Virus record (IMG/VR): IMGVR_UViG_3300025121_000011
Span: 186,001-250,000 of that record
DNA: 64,000 nt
Reading direction: 5' to 3' (one strand)
How positions within the stretch are numbered: position 1 is the stretch's first letter; the number at the start of each line of letters is the position of its first letter. Below, in pieces: positions 18,479 through 28,045 of this stretch. The notes beneath the pieces are model-generated. The model was not told the origin of the DNA. It saw only the letters and a program-made list of their open reading frames with translations, and made no database searches. A program made the position numbers and the translations under genes.

Positions 18479-19921
18479 ATGGTTACAATATATATTGAAA
18501 ATACTAAATGTAAATTAAATGGCTTAAATGATGATAAGATTGCTAATGAAATAGATAATTTACTAAGTTATAATGTTCAGAGTTATCAATTTATGAGAAA
18601 GCAAACCGGATGGGATGGTAGATATCGTTTATTTAATAAAAAAAGTGGAGTATTCCCTGTTGGTTTGCTAACCATGTTAGAAAACGTTTTAAAAGCCCAT
18701 CAGATACCCTACAATCTATCTGATAATCGTACCTCACCAGTATATGGGGAATCAATTAAAGCCGAATCTAATAGCGTTTATGAGGCTAGAGATTATCAAA
18801 CAAAGGCTATAGGTTTAGCTATACAAGCCGGTAGTGGAATCTTACGAGCAGCGACAGGTTCTGGTAAGACATATATAATTGCTATGATTGCTGGGCATTA
18901 TAATGTTAATACAGTTATTTATGTGATTGGAAAAGAATTACTTTATCAAATGAAAACCACAATAGAAAATTCTCTCGGTGTAGAGTGTGGTGTGATAGGG
19001 GATGGAATATGTAATATCGTAAAAGGCATTAACGTTTGCACCATTTGGTCCGCTGCCGCAGCATTTAATAAAAAAATCACCCTTTTAGACTCAGATTTCA
19101 CTAAAGGAAAAGCATTATCTCAAGATAAAAAACAAGCGGTTAGAAATTTAGTGAATAATGCGGAATTGTTTTTTTTAGATGAATGCCAATACGGTTCTAC
19201 AATTTCAATGCAATTTATTCACAAAGAATCATCATCTGCTAGACACAGATTCTTATTATCTGGGACTCCATGGAGAGAGGGTGGTGATGATATTTTAATT
19301 GAAGCAATAAGTGGTCCTAAATTTTGTGATATTACTGCAACAGAATTGATTGAAAAAGGATGGTTAGTAAAGCCATATATTACATTTGTTGATATTCCAA
19401 CGATTAGAGGTGTTGGGAAAACTTATCAGGAAGTATATGATAACTTTATAGTTAATAATGATTATCGTAATTTTAAAATTGCGGAATCTGCTAAAATAAT
19501 GGCAGAGGCCGGAAGAAAGGTTTTAATTCTCGTCACTAAAGTTAGTCATGGAGATGTTATTCAAGAATTTTTAGATCCAAATTTGAAAGTGAATAGTCTC
19601 AACGGTATGAACTCTACACGGGACCGGATGCAATCCATTCAGCAAATGAAAAATGGAGAGTTAGATGTTATGATAGCATCTAGAATTTTTGATCAAGGAA
19701 TTGATATTCCCGAACTGGATGCTTTAATTTTAGCGGGATCCGGCAAATCAACAGCACGCGCCCTTCAGAGGATTGGCAGAGTTATTAGAAGGAAAAAAGG
19801 CAAGTCTAATGCGGTAGTAGTTGATTTTTTTGATAACTGTAAATATTTGAGAGAACATAGTCAAGCTAGGTATAGAATTTATTCTACAGAGCCTGCATTT
19901 AAAATCAAGAGGAATAGCTAA
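18479..19921 (+). CDS. Superfamily 2 DNA helicase (UvsW/XPB/ResIII-like)
   Basis: ARDYQ Q-motif, ATGSGKT, FLDECQ, LSGTP, DQGIDIPELD, QRIGRVIR. Confidence 0.9.
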   Translation: MVTIYIENTKCKLNGLNDDKIANEIDNLLSYNVQSYQFMRKQTGWDGRYRLFNKKSGVFPVGLLTMLENVLKAHQIPYNLSDNRTSPVYGESIKAESNSVYEARDYQTKAIGLAIQAGSGILRAATGSGKTYIIAMIAGHYNVNTVIYVIGKELLYQMKTTIENSLGVECGVIGDGICNIVKGINVCTIWSAAAAFNKKITLLDSDFTKGKALSQDKKQAVRNLVNNAELFFLDECQYGSTISMQFIHKESSSARHRFLLSGTPWREGGDDILIEAISGPKFCDITATELIEKGWLVKPYITFVDIPTIRGVGKTYQEVYDNFIVNNDYRNFKIAESAKIMAEAGRKVLILVTKVSHGDVIQEFLDPNLKVNSLNGMNSTRDRMQSIQQMKNGELDVMIASRIFDQGIDIPELDALILAGSGKSTARALQRIGRVIRRKKGKSNAVVVDFFDNCKYLREHSQARYRIYSTEPAFKIKRNS

Positions 19922-20238
19922 TGTATAGTAGAAAAAAAGCACAAATTCATAAACCAACCTCTACTTCAGTACAAAAAATAATCGAAAGTTCTGGACAGTT
20001 AAAATATTTAAGAGATATATTAGTTGGACGCGGAGCAAAAACTACTTGGAGACATAGATATAAAACAGTAGATGATAAATATTATTGGTACCTTATGCGT
20101 GACGACTCGTTGAGATACCAACGGGGAAAGGGTGGGCCATTTTTGAGTCCCGAAGAAATGGCTTCTGAAGCCTCAGGAGAGTTGCTAGAGGTACTTGAAT
20201 CCTTAGGTGTAAGAATATCAAAGCCCACTAAAGAATAA
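19921..20238 (+). CDS. Hypothetical protein
   Basis: 105-aa ORF coupled to the helicase stop codon. Confidence 0.55.
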   Translation: MYSRKKAQIHKPTSTSVQKIIESSGQLKYLRDILVGRGAKTTWRHRYKTVDDKYYWYLMRDDSLRYQRGKGGPFLSPEEMASEASGELLEVLESLGVRISKPTKE

Positions 20239-20241
20239 ATT

Positions 20242-20529
20242 ATGGATCAATATATTTGTACAAAAGGTGAGCCTAATCTGGAACGTTTACAGCTTTTGGA
20301 TCTCTTAGAAGAAGTACCTCGATTATATACAATAATAAAAGGTCACGAGCAAACTGCTCAATATAATATAATTTCTGAAAATGGCCGTATTACTACCAAT
20401 AGAATTTTTGTCGATATGTCTGGAAGGATAATTTTTGATACTTCTTCAGAATATGATAAAGATTATTTATTTAACATTATGCCTAAACATATTCAGGAAC
20501 AATTTATTTATTATTTAGACAGATTATGA
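20242..20529 (+). CDS. Hypothetical protein with C-terminal IYYLD motif
   Basis: Ends LFNIMPKHIQEQFIYYLDRL. Confidence 0.55.
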   Translation: MDQYICTKGEPNLERLQLLDLLEEVPRLYTIIKGHEQTAQYNIISENGRITTNRIFVDMSGRIIFDTSSEYDKDYLFNIMPKHIQEQFIYYLDRL

Positions 20530-20538
20530 GACTAAAAG

Positions 20539-20570
20539 TTATATTATATATAGATTATATTATATATAGA
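20539..20570. repeat. Perfect 16-bp tandem duplication, nearly all A/T
   Basis: TTATATTATATATAGA x2 in the gap between convergent genes. Confidence 0.8.
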
Positions 20571-20613
20571 TATTAAACATAAAGAAGTACAAGATATAAA
20601 TTAATATTATATT

Positions 20614-22011
20614 TTATTCGACATTTTCCGGTTTGTTTGTAGATACTTCTGGGAATAATTCATCTATTTTAGGGCCAAAATCAAAAACTATAGCTTCTGC
20701 CTCAGCAGCGTCAACATCAAAGCGGGATGCCTGTTCTATCAACCATTTCTTTATTCTATCTCCAACACCAGGAGATGGACCCTTTCCTTTAAGAAAACCA
20801 TTAAAACCGTTTAGTAAAGATTTTTCTAGGTATTCAATAAACATATTTCTTTTGGTTTGTTCATCATCCATAGAACGCCTATCATCAAAATTTATAGATT
20901 TTGGTAAATCGATTGATGGAGGGACTTTAAGAAGTGGCCCAGCCTCTAGTTTGCGTCTGATAATACTAACATTAACCTGTGTAATATCATAATTAAGAGC
21001 TTTGGATAAATAATCGGCAATTAAAGTATCACTTAACCCATCTTTATATAGTTTCATAATAACATTTGCTATGTAAATTTTTAGATGTTTTTTAAGATCA
21101 GAAAGAGCTGCCATAAAAACTGTTTTTTTATTTTTTAGAGTAGAGTTGGGATATTTTTTGTCAAATATTTTCTCAATATCAGAAGCAGTTAAGGTGCCCT
21201 TACCAGTGGGACTGGTCAACTCTTTCATAATTAATTCAACAATAATTAGATTATAATCATTAGAGCTTTCCGCTTCAAATACCGATGCAGCTCTAATTGC
21301 GTTTGCAGGATCGAGTGGATTATGGGGATATTTCCTTTTAAAAACATTGATAATGTCTAGCGCTTTTACGACTTTGCCAGGATTAAGATTTTTGATATCT
21401 CTAGCGATTTGTAGGCATACAATTTCAATGTCCTCCTCGGATTTATTTTCCGCGTCAATAATATTTTTGTAATCTGGAGACATTTTTATAAATCTTATTG
21501 ATGTGGTTGATTTATAAAAGAATCCCCTTTCTTTTAATTTTAATAATATTTCTTGGTTAGAAATTTCTGGTTCTTCAGAAACCCAGTCCTTAACTATTTT
21601 CATAATTATGCTGCCAATTGCAGCGGTAATAATTTGACTGTTATGCTTTATTTTTTTAACTGTTTCGCTGAATACGGGGTTTTGTTTTAGTAGATGTGCA
21701 ATATATACAATTTGATTGGCATGAAAACCTTTAGGGCTAAAGTCATATCCGCTTATTGTAGAATAGTTTTTATTAAAATGCTTAAATATTAAATTAATAA
21801 TATTTTCTATATCATTTCTTGTTTCATCTGACATAGATTGTCTTCCCTCGCCAGATCTACGAGCTTTATCAGCCCCCTCGTCAGGACCATATTCAGATAA
21901 TAGTTTTGAGATATTAGCAGCGTGTGCCAACAATGTATCAACTTCATTGGCCTCTTTAATATACCCATGTTTCATTAAGGTTTCAGATAAAATTCTTAAA
22001 TCTATATACAT
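20614..22011 (-). CDS. Hypothetical protein with the shared leader motif
   Basis: 465 aa; starts MYIDLRILSETLMKHGYIKEANEVDTLL; internally repeated F.KKYP helical units. Confidence 0.65.
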   Translation of the reverse strand: MYIDLRILSETLMKHGYIKEANEVDTLLAHAANISKLLSEYGPDEGADKARRSGEGRQSMSDETRNDIENIINLIFKHFNKNYSTISGYDFSPKGFHANQIVYIAHLLKQNPVFSETVKKIKHNSQIITAAIGSIIMKIVKDWVSEEPEISNQEILLKLKERGFFYKSTTSIRFIKMSPDYKNIIDAENKSEEDIEIVCLQIARDIKNLNPGKVVKALDIINVFKRKYPHNPLDPANAIRAASVFEAESSNDYNLIIVELIMKELTSPTGKGTLTASDIEKIFDKKYPNSTLKNKKTVFMAALSDLKKHLKIYIANVIMKLYKDGLSDTLIADYLSKALNYDITQVNVSIIRRKLEAGPLLKVPPSIDLPKSINFDDRRSMDDEQTKRNMFIEYLEKSLLNGFNGFLKGKGPSPGVGDRIKKWLIEQASRFDVDAAEAEAIVFDFGPKIDELFPEVSTNKPENVE

Positions 22012-22041
22012 AAATATTCCTCGGTCTATTTACTTTTCAAT

Positions 22042-22048
22042 ATTAGTA
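22042..22048 (-). promoter_or_regulatory. TAYTAAT element (putative late promoter)
   Basis: ATTAGTA on + (TACTAAT on -), 30 nt upstream of the start at 22011. Confidence 0.45.
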
Positions 22049-22058
22049 AGGAGGTCAT

Positions 22059-22658
22059 ATGACTCGCACAGAATTTTATCAACAGATTGATACTTGGATA
22101 GAACAAGATAAATCTCGTTGGAATCATTTGACATTAATGGCTTATTTTTATCACAAATATAATAAAAGAACTGGAGTTAATTTTATACCAGCAAGTTGGA
22201 AGAGCAATCCAGCTTTAACAAAAGAGAGCAGAGATTTTGCTAAGCTTTTTAAATTATTTGCTCCAGAATATTATGAGTCTATGTCTGGTGAATTAAAAAC
22301 TCAAACTAAACATAAAATTAATCAGAAAATATATAATTATATTAATTGGTTATTTGATTTCAAGATGAGATATGGTAGCAAAACGGTAACTGGTACAGGA
22401 ATATTTTTGAATAATAATATGTTAAATGAATTTGAAGTTATGTATAATGCACAACTCAAAAAACGAGAGGAGTCTAGTAGTATTGAAGATCTTAAGAAGT
22501 GGGCGCAAAAACTTATTCCAATGGTTTTAGAATCTCATCAATTGGAAAGAGTTGAAGATCTAAATATGATATTAAGATACATAGAAATGTATAGCCTGGA
22601 TGATTCATCTCCAGAGAAGCAACTTATAAAGAAAGCACAGGAAATGAAATTAATATGA
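22059..22658 (+). CDS. Hypothetical protein heading the replication operon
   Basis: Strong AAGGAGG RBS; first of the coupled genes leading to the loader and DnaB. Confidence 0.65.
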   Translation: MTRTEFYQQIDTWIEQDKSRWNHLTLMAYFYHKYNKRTGVNFIPASWKSNPALTKESRDFAKLFKLFAPEYYESMSGELKTQTKHKINQKIYNYINWLFDFKMRYGSKTVTGTGIFLNNNMLNEFEVMYNAQLKKREESSSIEDLKKWAQKLIPMVLESHQLERVEDLNMILRYIEMYSLDDSSPEKQLIKKAQEMKLI

Positions 22659-23101
22659 AACAAAATTTAGAAAAAAAATATATTACAGTCTTTACTGATG
22701 GAGGCTGGTGTGTAACAGGACTTGTAGAATTAGATCAAGATGATCGAATAGGATTACTTAGTGATGATGGTGATGCTATTTTAATTTTAAAATCTAAAAT
22801 ATCTATAATTAAAATGTCCGCAGTAGTTAGAAAAAAAGAAGTGCATATAGATCCAAAAGAATCGGGCCGGTACAATCTTCCTAAGGATAGAGAGCTAGAT
22901 GGTCTTAAAATAGAAAATAACATTTATTCACCAACGGAGGAAAATTCAATCGGCATAAATAATCAATATGGAAGTATTCTTCCAAGTGATTTATTAGAAG
23001 GCGAATCTGATAATGATTCGGCAAATGAGTTTGCCATATCATGGGGTCCTCCAAACAAAGGTAAAATAGAGGTATTATTTGATCCCACAAAAAAAGATTG
23101 A
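22655..23101 (+). CDS. Hypothetical protein, possible N-terminal Sm-like beta fold
   Basis: ATGA overlap; N-terminal YITVFTDGG..VTGLV...ILILKSKISII pattern; acidic tail. Confidence 0.5.
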   Translation: MKQNLEKKYITVFTDGGWCVTGLVELDQDDRIGLLSDDGDAILILKSKISIIKMSAVVRKKEVHIDPKESGRYNLPKDRELDGLKIENNIYSPTEENSIGINNQYGSILPSDLLEGESDNDSANEFAISWGPPNKGKIEVLFDPTKKD

Positions 23102-23744
23102 TTTTATAAAGACTAAGATTAAAGAACGATGCGAGTGTGTCGGAGCAGGATGTAAAAAATGTCGCTCAATAATAAGTAGGATTGGAACATATGCTGAAGC
23201 CGGAATACCAATAGATTATTGGTTATTATCATTTAAAGATTTTGAAGGCGATGCAAATCTAAAGATATTTGTTTCCAGTTTGTTAAAAACTATTGATGAA
23301 ATTTATGAAGAAGGCAAATCATATGCATTTGTAGGAAATTTAGGAACAGGGAAAACTTATGCAGCAACATCTATATTAAAAAAAGCTATTGTCAGCGGAT
23401 TTACAGCCAAATATTATCACATGGATCAAGTAATTAGATTAAGTATTGGAAACGATAGTACAAGTTTTTTTAATGAAATTACTGGTGCAGATTTTATTTG
23501 CATAGATGAATATGATTCTAGATTTGTCTTTCCATCTGAAAAGTCTGAAATTCTATTTGGACAAACCATGGAATCTGTGTTGAGATACAGGTTTCAAAAT
23601 AAAATGCCAACCATTATATGTTCTAATACTTCAGATGTAACAAAGGTATTAGCTGGAGATTTTTCTAGAACTACAGATTCCTTATTTTCTAAATATGTAA
23701 AGATTATTTATGTTGCTGGAAAAGATTTTAGAAAGAAAAAATAA
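23079..23744 (+). CDS. DnaC/IstB-like AAA+ helicase loader
   Basis: N-terminal CEC...CKKC, GNLGTGKT Walker A, ICIDE Walker B, RFQNKMPTIICSN; upstream of DnaB. Confidence 0.8.
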   Translation: MIPQKKIDFIKTKIKERCECVGAGCKKCRSIISRIGTYAEAGIPIDYWLLSFKDFEGDANLKIFVSSLLKTIDEIYEEGKSYAFVGNLGTGKTYAATSILKKAIVSGFTAKYYHMDQVIRLSIGNDSTSFFNEITGADFICIDEYDSRFVFPSEKSEILFGQTMESVLRYRFQNKMPTIICSNTSDVTKVLAGDFSRTTDSLFSKYVKIIYVAGKDFRKKK

Positions 23745-23756
23745 AGAGAGGTTGTT

Positions 23757-24092
23757 ATGGGAGGAATTCCGATATCCTATTTTCACGATATGGTTACAGA
23801 ACTTAAAATGAGTTTGGAATATACTTATGATGATTCTTGGTATGGTAATGTGGTATACAGAGGGTATTCTTATAGATTTCCAGAAGGAAATGTTACTTTA
23901 GCGGTGGTTCCATATCACTCATATTATTTTATGCCACCAAGTTATATTAACTTTTTTTCTGGTGGTCGATTTTACAGACCAGGTCCTATATCTCCAAGAG
24001 AGGCGGCAGAAATTTTGTTAGATCATAAGATCCCAATTTATAATTATTTGGATTTTTTTAATTCTGATGTTTATGTTGATGGAGATATTTAA
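23757..24092 (+). CDS. Hypothetical protein with C-terminal IYNYLDFF motif
   Basis: GAGG RBS; ISPREAAEILLDHKIPIYNYLDFFN. Confidence 0.55.
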   Translation: MGGIPISYFHDMVTELKMSLEYTYDDSWYGNVVYRGYSYRFPEGNVTLAVVPYHSYYFMPPSYINFFSGGRFYRPGPISPREAAEILLDHKIPIYNYLDFFNSDVYVDGDI

Positions 24093-24094
24093 AT

Positions 24095-24379
24095 ATGATT
24101 GGAGCAACTTTTCGCGAGATGGAAAGATGTCGAATCTTAAAATTTAATAAAATTGATAATAGAACAATATATTATTACTTTATTAATTTACCTACTTTTG
24201 GACTTTTTTATAATTATAGAGATGGTGGAATTTTATTTTTCAGTGGGTACTTTACACCTGATGTTATATCTAATTATAGTCAAAATGATTCAACAGCAGA
24301 AGTGTTAATCAAAGTTGATCCAAGAATAATTTATTATTTAGAAATTTTTAATCCTAGTTATCGAGTTGGAGATTATTAA
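24095..24379 (+). CDS. Hypothetical protein with C-terminal IIYYLEIF motif
   Basis: TAEVLIKVDPRIIYYLEIFNP; coupled to dnaB. Confidence 0.55.
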   Translation: MIGATFREMERCRILKFNKIDNRTIYYYFINLPTFGLFYNYRDGGILFFSGYFTPDVISNYSQNDSTAEVLIKVDPRIIYYLEIFNPSYRVGDY

Positions 24380-25737
24380 TGTCTATAAGAGAAAGAAAGG
24401 TCCTCAAATATATGATGCAAGGACCAATTCAATATAATCAAGTAGGGAGATTTATAGATATTAATCTATTGATCGAAGCCATGTTGCCAGAATATAAAAC
24501 AACGGCTAGAGCAATTAGAGATTATTTTAAAAGATATAAATCTCCTCCCACACCAGAGTTATTACAAGATAATTTATTAGAAGATTTAGATGATATTGAA
24601 ATTGCTATGGCAATTCAAGAAGTAGAGTGTCAAGAAGGTGAATATGCTTTTCACATTGATGCTATCAAAAAAAGATATCAGGCTTATTTAGCTAAGAACT
24701 TAGCAGAGTCAATTATATCTGAACAAGATGAATTAGATCTAGAAGAGTTTTCTTCTAATCTTTCTAAAATTAATTCTAAAATAGACAGAATGAATAGAAG
24801 CGTGGTTTTTGCAGAAGGAAATTTTGCAGATTCTGCACAAGATAGGCTAACAACATATAAACATGTAGAAGCAAATCCAGGAGAGGTATCCGGTATTTTA
24901 ACCGGTTTTCGAGAAATCGATAATTATATTTGGGGAATCAAAAAGCAAGAATTGATGATTATTGCTGGGCCATCATCTTCTGGAAAGTCTATGTTGATGA
25001 TGAATATGGCAGTAAATGCTTGGTTAGGAACAAACGATCCATTACAAGGATTTCCGACAAAAACAGATGGGGCAAATGTCCTTTATTTTACTTTAGAAAT
25101 GTCTAAATCTCAGACTGAGTTAAGATTGGATGCATGTACCGCCGGCATTCTGCATATGCACTTAACAAGAGGCATGCTAACTGATCAAGAAAAAGAGAGA
25201 TGGAGTAAGGTTCTTAAGTTTCAGTCCAAATATGACAAAAAATTATATATTTGTGATATGCCTCGTGGCTCTAAGATGTCAGATATAGAGGCAAGATATG
25301 AAACTATTATTGCAGAGTTTAATCCAGATTTGGTTTGTATCGATTATTTGGGAATTATGCAGCCGAATAGTACCAATAATTCTGACTGGTTAGATTTAGG
25401 ATATATAGCTGAGAATATGGCAGAATTCGCTAGAGCAAAAGATGTTCCGGTAGCTACAGCTTCTCAGCGAAAGGCCAAAGTTAAAACCTCCAAAGATGAT
25501 AGCAATGACCTTGAGGATCTGGCTAGGTCTAAGATGATTGGTGATAATGCTAATATTGTTTTATTAATTGAGAAGAGAGCTGACGAGCATCTCATGGAGG
25601 ATATGATTGTGCATATAGCTAAGAACAGAGATGGCGCCTTAGGAAAGGTGAAATTATTGAAAGAATTTCCAAAATCTAGAATATCAAACATACCTGATGA
25701 CTGGGCTGAGACATTGGGTGCTGAAAATGAAGTATAA
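24379..25737 (+). CDS. dnaB: Replicative DNA helicase, DnaB/SF4 family
   Basis: LTGFREID, IAGPSSSGKS, YFTLEM, CIDYLG, TASQ, ARSKMIGDNA, IAKNRDG. Confidence 0.9.
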   Translation: MSIRERKVLKYMMQGPIQYNQVGRFIDINLLIEAMLPEYKTTARAIRDYFKRYKSPPTPELLQDNLLEDLDDIEIAMAIQEVECQEGEYAFHIDAIKKRYQAYLAKNLAESIISEQDELDLEEFSSNLSKINSKIDRMNRSVVFAEGNFADSAQDRLTTYKHVEANPGEVSGILTGFREIDNYIWGIKKQELMIIAGPSSSGKSMLMMNMAVNAWLGTNDPLQGFPTKTDGANVLYFTLEMSKSQTELRLDACTAGILHMHLTRGMLTDQEKERWSKVLKFQSKYDKKLYICDMPRGSKMSDIEARYETIIAEFNPDLVCIDYLGIMQPNSTNNSDWLDLGYIAENMAEFARAKDVPVATASQRKAKVKTSKDDSNDLEDLARSKMIGDNANIVLLIEKRADEHLMEDMIVHIAKNRDGALGKVKLLKEFPKSRISNIPDDWAETLGAENEV

Positions 25738-27304
25738 AGACAAAGAGTTTTTAATTGAGGAATATATAGTTAAAAATAAAAGTGCAACTCAAATAGCGAT
25801 AGAATTAAATATACACTCTAGTTCAATTTATAGATTTCTTAAGAAATTTGGAATTGAAAAAGATAAAACAATTATACAAACTGATAGATGCTTAAAACAG
25901 CAACAATCTTTATTAGATAAATATGGGATTAATAATCCCATTTTAATTCCAGGTGCAACGGAAAAAGCTAAAGCTACAAATATAGAAAAATACGGTGTTT
26001 CGACATATTTAAATAGTAAAGATGGTAAAGAAAGATCAAGGGTTACTTCTTTAGTTAAGTACGGAACGGAGCACCCATTTTCATCTAAAGAAATTCAAGA
26101 TAAACAAAAAGATACTATGTTATTTCGTTATAATGTAGAAAAGCCTCTTCAAAAGGAAGAGTTTAAAGATGCTTTTAAAGAAACTATGAAAGAAAAATAT
26201 GGTTATGATAGTGTTTTGGGTAATCCAGAAATGATGGAAACGCATAATGCTGTTATGTTAAAACGATATGGTGTACATAGTATTGCTCAAACATCAGAAG
26301 GTATTTCGAAAATACTTAATACCAAAGTGGAAAAAGGACAAATTAAATTAGTTAATGGACAACTTAAAACGACATTTGCAAAAGATAATGACATACCTTA
26401 TTCTACATTAACTCATCTTATGCGAAGTACTAATATAACGGCAGAAGAAATATTAAAACAAGAATTTGACAATCAAACATCTTTAGAACATTTTTCATCT
26501 AAAGTTTTTAAACTAGATAAATATAATAAATATTTTGATTTAGAAAAATATCAAGAGTTACGATATAAACCAGATTTTAAACTTTCAGAAAAAGCGGCTT
26601 TTAATGTAGATGGATTATATTGGCATTCTGAAATCAATAAAGATAAAAATTATCATTTTGATATGCGCAGGATGTATGAACAACTTGGGTTGAGAGTATT
26701 TCAGTTTCGTGAAGATGAAGTTATGGAAAAGCATGAGATTATACAATCCATATTGAATAATTTTCTTGGACATTCACATAAAATTGGAGCAAGAAAAACT
26801 AAAATATTAAAACTTAGTATTTCAGAATCTAAAAATTTTTATGAGAAAAATCATATTAAAGGTTGGAGAAGGGCCTCTAAACATTATGGTTTAAAATTTC
26901 AAGACGAGATAGTTTTTGCTGCATCTGTAATAAAAACAGGAAATATATTAAAAATAGAAAGGCTGTGTAGTAAAATAGGATACACAATCATAGGCGGATG
27001 GAGTAAAATTCTGAAACAAATATTAAAAGAATATTCCTCAGTAGATAGAGTAGAGTATTGGGTTGATTTACGATATGGAACCGGAAATTTTTTAGATAAA
27101 TTTGGATTTAAAATTGAAAGAGATATTCTTGGTTGGGAATGGACGGACAAGAAAAAAACATATAATCGTCTACAGTGCAAAGCTAATATGGATCAGCGTA
27201 AGCTATCTCAACAAGAGTACGCCGCAGAACTTGGATGGATTAAGATTTATGATGCGGGACAGAGACTTTGGTCTCTAAACTTAAAGGATAAATCTTATGC
27301 CTAG
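25727..27304 (+). mobile_element. Hef-like free-standing putative homing endonuclease (HTH, xxKYG repeats, PD-(D/E)xK-like core, Mom/GNAT-like C-terminus), copy 1
   Basis: YKPDF...NVDGLYWHS...FREDE; NHIKG...IERLCS...YWVDLRYG...IYDAGQ; ATG 25727 overlaps the dnaB stop. Confidence 0.75.
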
Positions 27305-27602
27305 ACTAAAGAAATTTGATTTTGTAGAGATCGAAACAGATTCATCCATAATTATAGCAATTTTATTAACCAAAAGAAGAGATGCATTTGAAATTCTTCC
27401 AATTTTTAAATTTGATACACCAGAAGATATATCAGATATAATTTGTAAAATAACTTTATTACGTTCATCTGTTAAAAAAATAAACAGATTAAGTAAAAAG
27501 CATATAGATCAAATCATTTATTTGCTGGGAATCAATAATAATATTATTAAACGAGCAACAGAAAGAGTATTAGATGAGAGAACAAGTAATAGGAAAAATT
27601 AA
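27297..27602 (+). CDS. Hypothetical protein
   Basis: 101-aa coupled ORF. Confidence 0.5.
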   Translation: MPRLKKFDFVEIETDSSIIIAILLTKRRDAFEILPIFKFDTPEDISDIICKITLLRSSVKKINRLSKKHIDQIIYLLGINNNIIKRATERVLDERTSNRKN

Positions 27603-27762
27603 AAATTTAATTGTTTCTTCTGAAAATAATGATTTAGAAATTACAATTTTAATAACAGATGCTAAGTTTAAAAAAAAACTTCTTAGAGATTTATCTTTAT
27701 CAGGTAATCTAAAAGTAAATGGAACTGATGTTGTTTTCATAGATAAGGAACAAGATGCCTAA
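27574..27762 (+). CDS. Hypothetical protein
   Basis: 62-aa coupled ORF. Confidence 0.45.
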   Translation: MREQVIGKIKNLIVSSENNDLEITILITDAKFKKKLLRDLSLSGNLKVNGTDVVFIDKEQDA

Positions 27763-28045
27763 ATATACTTTTGAATGTGATAAATGTGATTTTAATGATA
27801 TTAAGACTTTTAGTATTTCTGATTTTTTGATATATAAAGAAGAGAAAAAAGAATGTCCAGAATGTAATGCTGGCGTATTATCTCATAAGCTGGGGAAAAT
27901 TAGAAATGAAGTTGATAAAAGTTCTTTAGAAATAATGGATGATATAAGAATAGATGTACAGAAGACAATTAAAAAGATAGAAGCTGGAGATCAAAGGACT
28001 ATTGAGTCCATCTATGGCGATAAACCTAACCCATATAAGGAGTGA
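27755..28045 (+). CDS. FmdB-like zinc-ribbon protein
   Basis: MPKYTFECDKCD...CPEC. Confidence 0.7.
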   Translation: MPKYTFECDKCDFNDIKTFSISDFLIYKEEKKECPECNAGVLSHKLGKIRNEVDKSSLEIMDDIRIDVQKTIKKIEAGDQRTIESIYGDKPNPYKE

